DNA of 64,000 bases from a virus (IMGVR_UViG_3300033463_006479:64001-128000); one strand, 5' to 3'. Positions 38,910 to 49,060 are shown, counted from the stretch's first letter. The notes: generated by a model not told the origin, from the letters alone. A program made the numbers and translations.

Positions 38910-39326
38910 TCAGTCAATATTCAGTTCCAAATTGAATTTGTTGCAAAAATCCGTAAGGGTTTTCTTCAGTTCAACAAGCCATTCTTTTGTTGCTGGATTA
39001 AAATCTTCCAATGTGTATGCGTTGTCTTTCTGCTTGTCATACAGCCACGAATCCAGTCTGCTTATAAATGAGCAATCATCAATGAAGTCGCCGCCGTTTT
39101 CAAGCAGGTACATTCTGTCACGCACAAACAAAAGTATGTTCTCAACAAAAGGAGATACTTTGATTTTCTTGCGCCACAGTGTTATCGCCATTTTATTTCC
39201 GAACATTTTTCTTTCGTCATCTCCAGCATTGGTTCTCAATCGTGTGATGTTGTCATCATAATATTCTATGTCAAACAGAATGTTACGAGAATTGTCTTGG
39301 CTTGTTTCATAAATTTGGAATACCAT
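38910..39326 (-). CDS. Hypothetical protein
   Basis: Packed operon ORF. Confidence 0.55.
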   Translation of the reverse strand: MVFQIYETSQDNSRNILFDIEYYDDNITRLRTNAGDDERKMFGNKMAITLWRKKIKVSPFVENILLFVRDRMYLLENGGDFIDDCSFISRLDSWLYDKQKDNAYTLEDFNPATKEWLVELKKTLTDFCNKFNLELNID

Positions 39327-39330
39327 ATCT

Positions 39331-40020
39331 TTATTGTTTAATGTTTGATGCGTTTCCTGCAATATTTGTTTTGAACATTTGCAGGAGTTTTCTTTGTATG
39401 TTGTCAAGACTGATTTCGGAATGTCTTATTCCGCTTTTGTCAGCCCGATAAATGACAGACTCGTTTCCGTTTGGAAACCATTTTTCAGCGTCTTCCTTTC
39501 CGATATCAAGGATGATGTTATCGCTTTCGTATTTGAACTTATATGGAATGGGTGTTATGCCGCATAACCTCATCATACAGTCAAATGTTTCCCAAAAATG
39601 GTCAATGGTGAATGTGAAGTCGTTTGTTTTCTTTTTACGAAACAGATTCCACCTTTTGGTTTTCTTTGGCTCATTTGTTATGCCGAACATTATCATAAGA
39701 TTGATAATGTTAATATGCATATCGTTCCACTTGTTTTTATTGACATAATAACGAAACACAACATCATTGGTGATGTTATATTCGGATATTTCTATGCTTG
39801 CGTATAGGTTTGGGTATTTTCTGCTTGCAACAAAGCATTTCACGCCATACGTTAACGGCTCAAATGTAACTATGTTGAAATCGTTTTTGTCAAATGCTTC
39901 CACGAATTTCTTTTCAAGTGATTTCAGCCATTTCTCATTGGCTTCCTTGGCTTTCATATTACCGTATTTGAACATATTTTCGGCAATGTCACCAAACATA
40001 ACTGGTATCGGAACAATCAT
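39331..40020 (-). CDS. Hypothetical protein
   Basis: 229-aa ORF. Confidence 0.6.
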   Translation of the reverse strand: MIVPIPVMFGDIAENMFKYGNMKAKEANEKWLKSLEKKFVEAFDKNDFNIVTFEPLTYGVKCFVASRKYPNLYASIEISEYNITNDVVFRYYVNKNKWNDMHINIINLMIMFGITNEPKKTKRWNLFRKKKTNDFTFTIDHFWETFDCMMRLCGITPIPYKFKYESDNIILDIGKEDAEKWFPNGNESVIYRADKSGIRHSEISLDNIQRKLLQMFKTNIAGNASNIKQ

Positions 40021-40418
40021 ACGTTCTTTGTTTTTTGGTTGTTATACATATCGGTTGGTGCTTCCAACGCAAGACCTTTCTCGATGAGGTGTCTGTAATC
40101 AAAATGTCGGGCATTAAGCCAGTCAAGTGCTACATAGGCGTTATGTGAGAACGTCCATTCTTCCGAGCCGTTGTGCGTGATTTCGTGCAACTCGTTTCTT
40201 TCGTCATCCGTCATACTTGACATAGGCCGCAAGAATGGTTTTATTTCATTGACACACCAAGTGTGGAAATAACGTCTGTCTATGTTTTCCCTGCTTAATT
40301 CCGTATCTTTGAGGACAAATCTGTCGCCAAGATAAGTTTCACATATAACGCCATACGGAAGTCTGGCGCACAAGTCGCACTTTACGAGTTCCTTTTCTTC
40401 TAATGTCATCACTCTCAT
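40017..40418 (-). CDS. Conserved Bacteroidetes-phage hypothetical protein
   Basis: DLCARLPYGV..IKPFLRPMSSMT..DWLN..HFDYR.LIEKGLALEAP. Confidence 0.65.
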   Translation of the reverse strand: MRVMTLEEKELVKCDLCARLPYGVICETYLGDRFVLKDTELSRENIDRRYFHTWCVNEIKPFLRPMSSMTDDERNELHEITHNGSEEWTFSHNAYVALDWLNARHFDYRHLIEKGLALEAPTDMYNNQKTKNV

Positions 40419-40440
40419 AACGATGGTATTATTATTATTA

Positions 40441-40860
40441 TTATTTGTTCTGATGTTTTCCGAGAACTGCGCTTATTGAACAGATGCCGTCAATGATTGT
40501 TTCGACTTCTCCAGTTTCTGAATTGTGCTCATTATGGTAATATCCGTTTAACTCAAATTCAATGCTGTTCGGATTTTTTTCTATGATAGATTCCAATACC
40601 TTTCCGTTAAATGTTCCAACTGGTGTCACATTGGCCATCATATCTCCGTTATCATCAACCCACATATCATTTACTTTGCAAGCCATTGCCGATAGCGGAA
40701 CATAACCAGCTGGAATTGATACTGGATGTTCAAGTGTGCCTATGGCTTTGCCATCTTTAAGAAATTTCTCTATGGCGTTTTTCAAAACGTCTTTTGGAAT
40801 TTTGGTGTTGCCACTATTGACATTGCACCAGACTTTTGCCGTGTAGGTTTTATTCTCCAT
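40441..40860 (-). CDS. T4 gp21 prohead-protease-like protein, apparently lacking the catalytic Ser motif
   Basis: N..N...P..VL..AI..F...KAIGTLEHP.....VPL.....V..MW......MA......T..GKVL; no GVSSRG. Confidence 0.5.
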   Translation of the reverse strand: MENKTYTAKVWCNVNSGNTKIPKDVLKNAIEKFLKDGKAIGTLEHPVSIPAGYVPLSAMACKVNDMWVDDNGDMMANVTPVGTFNGKVLESIIEKNPNSIEFELNGYYHNEHNSETGEVETIIDGICSISAVLGKHQNK

Positions 40861-42184
40861 CGTTCCAAGTTTTGTATTTTCCGTCATATTCATCGCAAGT
40901 TCCGAGAAGGTTTTTCGTGTCGTTGCTGTATGGCACGCATTGTGTGAATGCGCCAGTGACACACATATAGTATTTTATGTCACCAACGTCCTCGCAATAC
41001 ATAAAGAAATCACAAACCCATACATCATCAAAATAATTTCGGACAAGAACCTTGTCATACGGACGCAGTTCTTCAGACGAAAACGGCATAGGCGTTATTG
41101 GTGCGTTGAAACCTATTGCTGAACACTCGCCTTCCCCAAGGCTCAACACATTATACCCGAATTGGTCAACTGATGAAACCAAGTATAAATCGCCATTATA
41201 TTGGATTCTGTCGCCCTTTTTGTATTTTGGAATGCCGCAGTTGCTTCTCCAAACAATATGCTCGTTGGCATCCCATATCCAGTCGTTTTTCTCAAGCATA
41301 GAAAGAATCTCCTTTTTCGTATCAATGGATGCGTATTCAAAAGAGCATTCGTTCTTTTTGCGATGAACATTGTGTTTTTCCCAATCGGTCACAACATCAA
41401 GTCTGTGGTTTGTAACTCCGTATCTTGCATAAAAATGAATATATCCGCATTTGTCAATTTCCTTGAATATGAAAATTGTGTCATTGTCGCAAAGAATGTC
41501 GCCGTCCCTTGCATCGTCAATAGTCCATAGGCGGAATAGGTTTGACGGAAGATTGAACTCACGTCCGAACTCGTCAATCAGATTCAGCTCAGTCAATGCG
41601 GTCTGCGACTTTATGTAAAGCGGTGTTCCTTTTTTAAGAAACGCCTTTTCGCCGCTGCGTGTCCTTTCGGTGTCAATGTCTTTGACACACACAACACATT
41701 TGTTTGCTTTAGCACCGACAAAATCGCAAAGGTCTGCGTTCCAGTAGAATCCGTATGCAGCGGCCTTTTCAAAAAACTCGGCACGCTCCACATTGTTGGC
41801 GTATCTGGAATTTTTGAAATTAAACTTGCCTTTCGGCACATCATTTCCAACAAGTGTCGGATATGCTGCAAGCACGCAGTCTTTTGAAATTGCGTATGTC
41901 TTGCCATCACCAGCAACGATTACAGAGCCTACGCTTTTTGGCATAACAATACTCTGCCAGTCGCCTTCCCAATACTTGATGTCTTTTGCTGGAAACAGCA
42001 CGCATTCCCCGCTGTAATCAATCTGTCCGAAAACATTGACGGAAAACATTTCGCCGTTGCTCATTTTTTTAAATTCAAGGTTTCCGTCATCGAGCGTTTT
42101 TTGGTAGCGCACATTGCCGAAGCAAGTTGAATACAATTCAACTCCAGATGCCGCACCCATCAATAAATCTCTAATGCTTGTCAT
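40850..42184 (-). CDS. Multi-domain Bacteroidetes-phage hypothetical protein
   Basis: LYST.FG, GECVLFPAK, WTIDDARDGDIL, L.PYDKVLVR..W..DFF, QCVPY...K.LLGT modules. Confidence 0.65.
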   Translation of the reverse strand: MTSIRDLLMGAASGVELYSTCFGNVRYQKTLDDGNLEFKKMSNGEMFSVNVFGQIDYSGECVLFPAKDIKYWEGDWQSIVMPKSVGSVIVAGDGKTYAISKDCVLAAYPTLVGNDVPKGKFNFKNSRYANNVERAEFFEKAAAYGFYWNADLCDFVGAKANKCVVCVKDIDTERTRSGEKAFLKKGTPLYIKSQTALTELNLIDEFGREFNLPSNLFRLWTIDDARDGDILCDNDTIFIFKEIDKCGYIHFYARYGVTNHRLDVVTDWEKHNVHRKKNECSFEYASIDTKKEILSMLEKNDWIWDANEHIVWRSNCGIPKYKKGDRIQYNGDLYLVSSVDQFGYNVLSLGEGECSAIGFNAPITPMPFSSEELRPYDKVLVRNYFDDVWVCDFFMYCEDVGDIKYYMCVTGAFTQCVPYSNDTKNLLGTCDEYDGKYKTWNDGE

Positions 42185-42539
42185 ATGTTATGTTATTTTT
42201 AGTTTTTGCATAATAATTGATGATTTTATCAAGTGTTGTCCCGCAAACACCACGAGAGGCGAGCCAATGTCCCCACACAAGCGTATGGGAAAGGTTTTCC
42301 TCAATGAATGTTGGGGCAAAACAAGAAATGAGCTGATGTTGGCTCATAATGAATGACTTGCCAGAATATTGTCCGTCTTTGACCTTGTATTCGTCAAACC
42401 CAAGATATTCAAACTGGTATTTCTTGCCGATTTCAAGCCAAGACAAGAAATTGGACACACATCTGAAACTCTTTCCATTTATGAAATTGACGAGTGCATT
42501 CTCGTTTTTAAAAATGTTTTTCGCCATTGTCGTGTTCAT
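42171..42539 (-). CDS. Hypothetical protein
   Basis: Packed operon ORF. Confidence 0.55.
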   Translation of the reverse strand: MNTTMAKNIFKNENALVNFINGKSFRCVSNFLSWLEIGKKYQFEYLGFDEYKVKDGQYSGKSFIMSQHQLISCFAPTFIEENLSHTLVWGHWLASRGVCGTTLDKIINYYAKTKNNITYDKH

Positions 42540-42554
42540 TATAATGCAGTTATA

Positions 42555-43403
42555 TCAGTCAATAATAAGATATCGCCCGTTGTCCTTTTTGCTGCCTTTG
42601 AGTTCGTCAAGCATATCCTTATAATAAAAAGCCCCGCCGTGTTTGACGATTTCACTCACACGCTTGATTTCGTCTTTTACCTCGGAGCGTTTAAGCAGAT
42701 ATTTCAGTTTTGCCTTGCCGTCAATTACAACAGCCGTATAGGTAACAAATGCGTTGCTGTCCCATAATTTGACTTTAAAAGGATAATTGCCACGTTCAAT
42801 CTCACCGACAAACTCACAGATATTTTTGAACTCGGTGGTTACAATATTCTTGTATTTAATCAAAGTGTCTTGGCCTTTATGTTCTTTGTTATATTGCAAA
42901 CGTAAAGCACCGTACAAACTGCTGTTTGAATAAAAATGGTGGCTGAATATGCTCAAAATCTTGATGGTGATTAGCATTTTTTCTTTTAAGCCTTCATCTT
43001 TACACCTCAAATATCTATACCAGAGGTCTTGCTGTTCAAACTTGCTGCACTTTGACAAGACTTCGTTTACAGCGTCATCGTTGATTTTAGGGAACGTCAT
43101 ATATGTATTTTCAAACGGGGTGCATTCCTTTTTGACAACAAACTTGTCAAATGCCCCAAGATTGGCGTATGCCTCAAAATCCCTTACGTGGAATTTGAAT
43201 CTGTCGCCGCATTTCTTGCAAGTGAAACAAATCATCTGGCCAGCAGTTCCGTCATAAATGCCATCGCATTCCCAATGCTGTAACGCATCGTAGAACGATT
43301 CATTGGTAGAGCACTCACAAGAAAGCTCCCCAGCATATCGGTAATCATCAGCCTGCGGTACTGACGGGATTGAATATGTTTTTCCGTTCAAATCAATTTG
43401 CAT
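42555..43403 (-). CDS. Hypothetical protein with N-terminal Cys motifs
   Basis: CEC..CKKCG; first gene after promoter copy 5. Confidence 0.6.
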   Translation of the reverse strand: MQIDLNGKTYSIPSVPQADDYRYAGELSCECSTNESFYDALQHWECDGIYDGTAGQMICFTCKKCGDRFKFHVRDFEAYANLGAFDKFVVKKECTPFENTYMTFPKINDDAVNEVLSKCSKFEQQDLWYRYLRCKDEGLKEKMLITIKILSIFSHHFYSNSSLYGALRLQYNKEHKGQDTLIKYKNIVTTEFKNICEFVGEIERGNYPFKVKLWDSNAFVTYTAVVIDGKAKLKYLLKRSEVKDEIKRVSEIVKHGGAFYYKDMLDELKGSKKDNGRYLIID

Positions 43404-43424
43404 AGTATTATTATTTTAACGCTG

Positions 43425-43492
43425 CAAAAATAAAACAATGTTTGTTATGTTCAGCTTGTCTTTCCAAAAAGTTATCAACAAAGTTATTAACA
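43425..43492 (-). promoter_or_regulatory. Early promoter copy 5
   Basis: caaaaata 43425; ttatcaaca 43472, ttattaaca 43484. Confidence 0.7.
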
Positions 43493-43780
43493 ACTTGTTT
43501 CTTTTTCGTAAAAAGCAAGAAATCCTTTAAGTTCCAAAACATTTGGCTTTTTATCATCGCCAATGGTATAACTGATTATGCGTATTCTATGGTGGTATTC
43601 GTTCTTTTCAGTAACCACGCACTTTTCGGATTTGTCAATTTTGCTGATAAACGTATCACCGACATTTATATCGTCATACGCTTTTTTCATTTTTCTTTCC
43701 TCACGCATTTCACTAATTGGAGAAATTGCAAGAAGCATTGCAAAAATGAAGAACAATATAATTATGATTGCCTTACTCAT
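43487..43780 (-). CDS. Membrane-anchored small protein (paralog family)
   Basis: N-terminal TM then I.VGD.F. Confidence 0.55.
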   Translation of the reverse strand: MSKAIIIILFFIFAMLLAISPISEMREERKMKKAYDDINVGDTFISKIDKSEKCVVTEKNEYHHRIRIISYTIGDDKKPNVLELKGFLAFYEKETSC

Positions 43781-44114
43781 TTACGGATTTTTTATATATA
43801 TTATTGAAGTCATACAACGACATAGCGTTCTCGCCACCGCCATAGCTGTTGTATTTGTAACGCACATAAACGCACTTTCCGTCATCTGTTGTTTTTGTAT
43901 CAACGACTGTAACCGTTCTGATGAACTGCTTGTAAGGATTGTCAAAGTCATCCGCATCAACATAAATATCGCCATTTTTAGGAATATCCTCATCTTTGAC
44001 TTTCAGCCTTTTTGATTTGGAATTAAGTTCTTTCAACATAAATCCAGCGAGAATGATTACGCCAACGCACAATACAATCACGATAATGTGCAATAAAATA
44101 AAAGTGGTTTTCAT
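43773..44114 (-). CDS. Membrane-anchored small protein (paralog family)
   Basis: N-terminal TM, GDIY..TVTVVD..YVRYKY. Confidence 0.6.
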   Translation of the reverse strand: MKTTFILLHIIVIVLCVGVIILAGFMLKELNSKSKRLKVKDEDIPKNGDIYVDADDFDNPYKQFIRTVTVVDTKTTDDGKCVYVRYKYNSYGGGENAMSLYDFNNIYKKSVNE

Positions 44115-44124
44115 ATTTCTGGTT

Positions 44125-44430
44125 TTAATTTGTTTTTAATCTGAATATCCACAAAAAATCATCCATTTCTTTAATGTGTGTGTCGCCGTCACCATACATA
44201 TATTTGACAAACATTCTGCCGTGCTCTCCAAAGTATTTGTCGATAACAGTAACCGTGTCTATCGCATACACGTCTGGGTGGTCAAGGTCATCAATCCTTT
44301 CATATTTGTCTCCGATATGGATTTTGTCAAAACGATGCAGTTTTTCTTGCCGTCCGACCAGATGAAAAATGATGGCCATAGGAACGACAATCACGATAAG
44401 TATGCAAATGTTTGTCAGAAAGTACATCAT
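44125..44430 (-). CDS. Membrane-anchored small protein (paralog family)
   Basis: N-terminal TM, IGDKY..TVTVID..FVKYMY. Confidence 0.6.
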   Translation of the reverse strand: MMYFLTNICILIVIVVPMAIIFHLVGRQEKLHRFDKIHIGDKYERIDDLDHPDVYAIDTVTVIDKYFGEHGRMFVKYMYGDGDTHIKEMDDFLWIFRLKTN

Positions 44431-45278
44431 TATAGTTGTTCTTTACATTCCTCAACTTTGTCATTCATATCTTTGATGATTTGTTCGATTGCAACTGGTC
44501 GGCAATCGTGAGCATCAACGGCCACGTTATAGATATACGGAATGTCATTGTAGAATTTGCTTTTGCTGTGCGTATGGCCAGACAAGTTAAGTGTCATCTG
44601 TTTCAACGACTCCTTTTCAAGATTTCCAGTCATAGACGGGAAGTGCGTGAGATAGAACTTGTAACCTTCGTATCGTACCTTTGCCGCATAGGTGATGCTT
44701 TTGACATTTGGCAAAGTTCTGTAAAGACTTATTCGGTTGTCTGTGTCGTGGTTTCCGATGACAATGTGCAGGTTGCCGTTAAGCCTTTTCAGTATGTCCA
44801 TACCCTTGTTTGAAGCACCTCCGAGCATAAGGTCGCCGAGAATATAAACGTGGTCATCCTCGCCAATCAAGGCATTCCAGCGTTTTTCAATCTCAACATT
44901 CATTTCGTTCACATCCTTAAACCCCCTTGGCTTCCAGATAAACTCCCTATCGTGGAAAAAATGTAGGTCTGAAGTGAAATACACGCCAGCACCCTTTTCA
45001 TAAGAATCGGATTCTTGGCAGAACAGAGGCACATTCACGATAGTCTTACTTGTGTTGAAGTTCATTCCGTTGTCGGAAATCGGAAGGAATATGATATTCT
45101 TTCCGTCCTTGCGCTCCATACAAGAGCACTCTCCGTATGTCTTTCTGACATCATCACGGCTTTCGGTTTTGCACTTGTAAATGAAAAAGCAACCGTCACA
45201 GTTGCGGTGCTCACACACGGACAATCTGATGTTATGCCGTGCGTCAATGGTGATTTCTTGTCCAATCTGATATTCCAT
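44430..45278 (-). CDS. Calcineurin-like metallophosphoesterase with N-terminal Cys-rich domain
   Basis: TSDLHFFH, LGD, GNHD, THFP, GHTH motifs. Confidence 0.85.
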   Translation of the reverse strand: MEYQIGQEITIDARHNIRLSVCEHRNCDGCFFIYKCKTESRDDVRKTYGECSCMERKDGKNIIFLPISDNGMNFNTSKTIVNVPLFCQESDSYEKGAGVYFTSDLHFFHDREFIWKPRGFKDVNEMNVEIEKRWNALIGEDDHVYILGDLMLGGASNKGMDILKRLNGNLHIVIGNHDTDNRISLYRTLPNVKSITYAAKVRYEGYKFYLTHFPSMTGNLEKESLKQMTLNLSGHTHSKSKFYNDIPYIYNVAVDAHDCRPVAIEQIIKDMNDKVEECKEQL

Positions 45279-45312
45279 AATAAAACTCTATTTTAACAAT
45301 ATAATAAAAACG

Positions 45313-45579
45313 TTAAAAAAGTCGTTTGCTTTTAATTGAGTTCAGAAGTTCGTTCACCTCTGGGTGCTTTCTGACATAGGTTTTCCAACTTGTGTTGTTC
45401 GTTCCGCAAGCAAGTTTACCGAATGAACAGTTGTCGCTTATGCTGATTCCGATAAGCGGGTTTCCGAAAGCATCGGAAACGACAAACTCTCCGACACCGC
45501 TTTTAAGCATAGCGTAGGCTATGTTGCAGATTTTTCCGTTGTCACGTTTTCCCTTGTAACTTGTAGATACTGTTTCCAT
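45313..45579 (-). CDS. Hypothetical protein (tandem paralog 2)
   Basis: Clearly similar to 45579-45842 (Y.G..D..K.C..AY..LK.G.GEF..D..G..L.G.S.SDN.S.G.L). Confidence 0.7.
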   Translation of the reverse strand: METVSTSYKGKRDNGKICNIAYAMLKSGVGEFVVSDAFGNPLIGISISDNCSFGKLACGTNNTSWKTYVRKHPEVNELLNSIKSKRLF

Positions 45580-45842
45580 TATTTTTTGTTTTTTGATTTG
45601 ATTTCGTTGATTTTGTCAAGCACCTCGGTATGCTTTCTCATATATGACTGCCACACGGAATCTTTTCCGAAACCGAGCAGTCCGTAACTTGTGTTGTCGC
45701 TTACGCTGACACCGAGCAGAAGTCTCCCCTTCCAGTCGGTTATTTCAAACTCGCCCTTGCCGTATTTGAGAAGCGTGTATGCAGTCCCACAGACTTTCTG
45801 TGTATCGCCGATTCCGTTGTAATTTATTCTAAATCTTTTCAT
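45579..45842 (-). CDS. Hypothetical protein (tandem paralog 1)
   Basis: See paralog; first gene after promoter copy 6. Confidence 0.7.
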   Translation of the reverse strand: MKRFRINYNGIGDTQKVCGTAYTLLKYGKGEFEITDWKGRLLLGVSVSDNTSYGLLGFGKDSVWQSYMRKHTEVLDKINEIKSKNKK

Positions 45843-45885
45843 TGCTTTTTATTTTTGTTATTGTACGTTGCTCTTTTTCACACCG

Positions 45886-45953
45886 CAAAAATAATACATT
45901 ATTTGTTATAGTCAACAACTTTTTTCAAAAAGTTATTAACAAAGTTATCAACA
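45886..45953 (-). promoter_or_regulatory. Early promoter copy 6
   Basis: caaaaata 45886; ttattaaca 45933, ttatcaaca 45945. Confidence 0.7.
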
Positions 45954-45997
45954 GAAACCATAAACCATTGATTTGAAAATAGTTGAAATTTTATGGT

Positions 45998-46005
45998 TAT
46001 AAATA
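45998..46005 (+). promoter_or_regulatory. T4-type late promoter TATAAATA
   Basis: Upstream of terminase. Confidence 0.65.
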
Positions 46006-46024
46006 TATGTAACATAATTATATT

Positions 46025-47956
46025 ATGGCTAAACAACAAGGACAAGACGCATCACATACCACAGTATGGAGCACGAGAGCCATACAACAATTTACAGATG
46101 ATTTGGACAATGGAATAGAAAGGAAGGATAATCCTTATTATTTCGGTGATGTGCATTTAAGAAAGCCAAATCTTATGTTTGAATATACGCAACACGAAAT
46201 AGATGAACTTGTAAAATGCAAGGCCGATGTGAAGTTTTTTTCAAACTCTTACGCCTATACAATGTCGCCGACAAACGGAGCACTTGAACAGATAACGTTG
46301 CGTGATTATCAAGAAGAATTGCTTGATACAATAGATGAAAATAGATTTACAATAATTTTGTCAAGCAGACAAAGCGGAAAAACCGTTTCATCATCAATAT
46401 ATCTTGCTTGGTTTTTGTTGTTTAACTATGACAAAACGGTTTTTGTGTGTGCAAACAAGGAGAAAACAGCAAGGGATGTCATAAAAAAAGTGCAGGACGT
46501 TATTATGAATGTGCCGTTTTTTATGAAGCCAGGCATAACCAAATGGGGAAGTCTTGAATGCACATTTGATAATGGTTGCCGTCTTATTGGTGAATCAACA
46601 ACCGAGAGAAGCGGTATCGGTTTTACCATACATTGCTTATATCTTGATGAGTTTGCTCACGTTGATAAAAATATAATTGAACCTTTTTACAGCAATATAT
46701 ATCCGACAGTTTCATCATTGTCAGATAGCAAAATAATTATAACATCAACACCAAATGGTATGAATTTGTTTTATCAATTATATGATGCTGCAACAAAAGG
46801 TATAAATTCATATAAACCATATCGTATTGACTGGTGGCAAGTACCGAATTGGGATAAGAAAAACAAGTGCTGGGTGAAACGTGACCAGAAATGGATGGAT
46901 ATGATGATAAAGGACTTGGGCGGTGCTGACGAGGAACTTGGCAGGGAAAGGTTTGGTGCTCAATACGGAAACTCGTTCTTGAGCACTGGTAATTTGCTGC
47001 TCGGACCAAACGCTTTGAAGATACTTGAAGAATCCCTTGAAGTTTTCAACAAGTCCGATGACCTATGGGTGTTTGATGATTACGATATAGAGGAAGCCCG
47101 TGATATTGTATGGAAACCAGACTTTGACCCATCACGTGCGAAATACACAAACGACCAGTTCCTTTTCAGCATAGATATTGCGGAGGGCAACGGCGGTGAT
47201 GATTCTGTCATAAACATTTTCAGAATGCGTATAATGGACGAGGACAAATGGAACAATGTCATTTCTCCAGATTCAATCTATGATTTTATCGGACTGGAAC
47301 AAGTCGGCATATTCGCATCAAACAAAATGCACTTGCAGAAATTCGCAAAAATGCTTTACATTCTTTCCCATATTGTGTTCAATCCAGATAATGTGAAAAT
47401 GCTTCTTGAGTGGAATGCGTTTGGCGGTGAGGTGTATAATCATTTGAGCAACGTGTTCGGTGAGAAGAATGATTTTGACCCATCTGTTGTTTTGAAATTC
47501 AAGCGTGCTGCGGATAGAAAAACAGCAGAACCAGGACTTAAACTGAACAAGGACAACAAACTTATATATTGCCAGAATACGAGAAAACATATAACTTCTG
47601 GCCGTATGATTCTGCACGAGCCAGAAACGATAGGCCAGTTCAATCTTTTCGGTCGTGTCGGTTCTTCATACGCAGCCATAACAGACCACGATGACCGTGC
47701 TATGAGTTGTGTTGATGCGAATGCGTTTTTTGACAATAGGGATTTCAAATGGATTGCCGACATTATACTTGAGGACAATCCAGAACTTGAAAACAAACTT
47801 TACAAGCATTTGTACGGGGATGATTATGAGCCAGTGCAGGAAGTCAAACCAATGTTCGGATACGAGCATATCGGAAACAACAGTCCGATAATACCGAATG
47901 ACACAAGTGCGGTAAGCCCGTATTCCCAGTTGAAAGGTATGCCGTTGCATTATTAG
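46025..47956 (+). CDS. Terminase large subunit (T4 gp17-like)
   Basis: LRDYQ, Walker A SRQSGKT, Walker B LYLDEFAH, ITSTPNG, nuclease DIAEG.GGD.S, HDD.AM. Confidence 0.93.
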   Translation: MAKQQGQDASHTTVWSTRAIQQFTDDLDNGIERKDNPYYFGDVHLRKPNLMFEYTQHEIDELVKCKADVKFFSNSYAYTMSPTNGALEQITLRDYQEELLDTIDENRFTIILSSRQSGKTVSSSIYLAWFLLFNYDKTVFVCANKEKTARDVIKKVQDVIMNVPFFMKPGITKWGSLECTFDNGCRLIGESTTERSGIGFTIHCLYLDEFAHVDKNIIEPFYSNIYPTVSSLSDSKIIITSTPNGMNLFYQLYDAATKGINSYKPYRIDWWQVPNWDKKNKCWVKRDQKWMDMMIKDLGGADEELGRERFGAQYGNSFLSTGNLLLGPNALKILEESLEVFNKSDDLWVFDDYDIEEARDIVWKPDFDPSRAKYTNDQFLFSIDIAEGNGGDDSVINIFRMRIMDEDKWNNVISPDSIYDFIGLEQVGIFASNKMHLQKFAKMLYILSHIVFNPDNVKMLLEWNAFGGEVYNHLSNVFGEKNDFDPSVVLKFKRAADRKTAEPGLKLNKDNKLIYCQNTRKHITSGRMILHEPETIGQFNLFGRVGSSYAAITDHDDRAMSCVDANAFFDNRDFKWIADIILEDNPELENKLYKHLYGDDYEPVQEVKPMFGYEHIGNNSPIIPNDTSAVSPYSQLKGMPLHY

Positions 47957-47967
47957 TGTTTTTCTTT

Positions 47968-47975
47968 TATAAATA
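47968..47975 (+). promoter_or_regulatory. T4-type late promoter TATAAATA
   Basis: Upstream of tagged genes 47997 and 48668. Confidence 0.6.
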
Positions 47976-47996
47976 TAATGGCATTATAATGAAGCA

Positions 47997-48662
47997 ATGA
48001 ATATACTTAAAACGGATAGGTTTATAAGCGAGAAACTTTTAATAGCACCGATGTCAAAAACAAGGCTTGCTGATGTCGGTGCGAAAACACGTGAAGAAAA
48101 GAGATTGCTTGAAGCAACGTTTGATGTGATATTCATTGATGGATTGAATTATATGGAACTTGGTGTGCTTGCGCTTGGATTGCTGGACTATTCATATAAG
48201 ACAAATGTAACAAAATACGGTGACACGCATATTTGCATTTCCGTAAAAAATGATGACTGCGATGTTTATGGTGAAGAATGGAGTCCGTTTACACACCCAA
48301 GCGGATTGCCAGTTGCCTTAAATGATGAGCAGATGCAGATACTTTCCGAATACGGATTGAGATATGAATATGACAAAGGGACTGCTTGGATGGGTGTATC
48401 AGATGGCGTGAAATTGACAAGTCTGCTTGCATCTTATATTAGAACAAATTTGAAAAAGCATTTGCATTTGATAAATCCGAATGAAGTCAATGTTGTATGC
48501 AGCACAAACAACGGCGGTTCAATTTGTATATCAACAAACAAGCAGTCGGACAAAAACAGAAAAATAGAAGATGATTCGTTTTATGTTGATTTTATGTATA
48601 GTCTGATATGCATACAAGATTTTTTCAAGGAAATGTCCGATAAAATTATGGAAAACAAATAA
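47997..48662 (+). CDS. Tagged hypothetical protein
   Basis: MNILKTDRFISEKLLIAPMSKTRL + unknown domain. Confidence 0.75.
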   Translation: MNILKTDRFISEKLLIAPMSKTRLADVGAKTREEKRLLEATFDVIFIDGLNYMELGVLALGLLDYSYKTNVTKYGDTHICISVKNDDCDVYGEEWSPFTHPSGLPVALNDEQMQILSEYGLRYEYDKGTAWMGVSDGVKLTSLLASYIRTNLKKHLHLINPNEVNVVCSTNNGGSICISTNKQSDKNRKIEDDSFYVDFMYSLICIQDFFKEMSDKIMENK

Positions 48663-48667
48663 TGATT

Positions 48668-49060
48668 ATGAACATATTGAAAGCCGACAATTACATTTCG
48701 GAGAAACTCGAAATTAAACCTATGACTGCAACAGCATTGAACAAAATAGGTGGAATTAACTATTCAGTTATTGCTTGGTGTGATGATGATGCTGGTTTTG
48801 ATGAAATAAATTTTGACGGAACGTGTCTTGTTTTAAATGAATTTGTATCAATTTTACAAAAAGTTGCCAATGAATTAAACGCACAAGTTATATTATCTGT
48901 ACCAGATGTTGGCAGTACGAATTGCACGTATGAAATTATTGGCAGTGATAAAAAAGAAATTACATACGGCGTGTTTACCGTTATGAACAACAAAGATGCG
49001 GAAAAAATATTGCACGATATATCAGACACCATACAAGGCAGCAGGATAACCGTGCAGTAA
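48668..49060 (+). CDS. Tagged hypothetical protein
   Basis: MNILKADNYISEKLEIKPMTATAL + unknown domain. Confidence 0.75.
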   Translation: MNILKADNYISEKLEIKPMTATALNKIGGINYSVIAWCDDDAGFDEINFDGTCLVLNEFVSILQKVANELNAQVILSVPDVGSTNCTYEIIGSDKKEITYGVFTVMNNKDAEKILHDISDTIQGSRITVQ

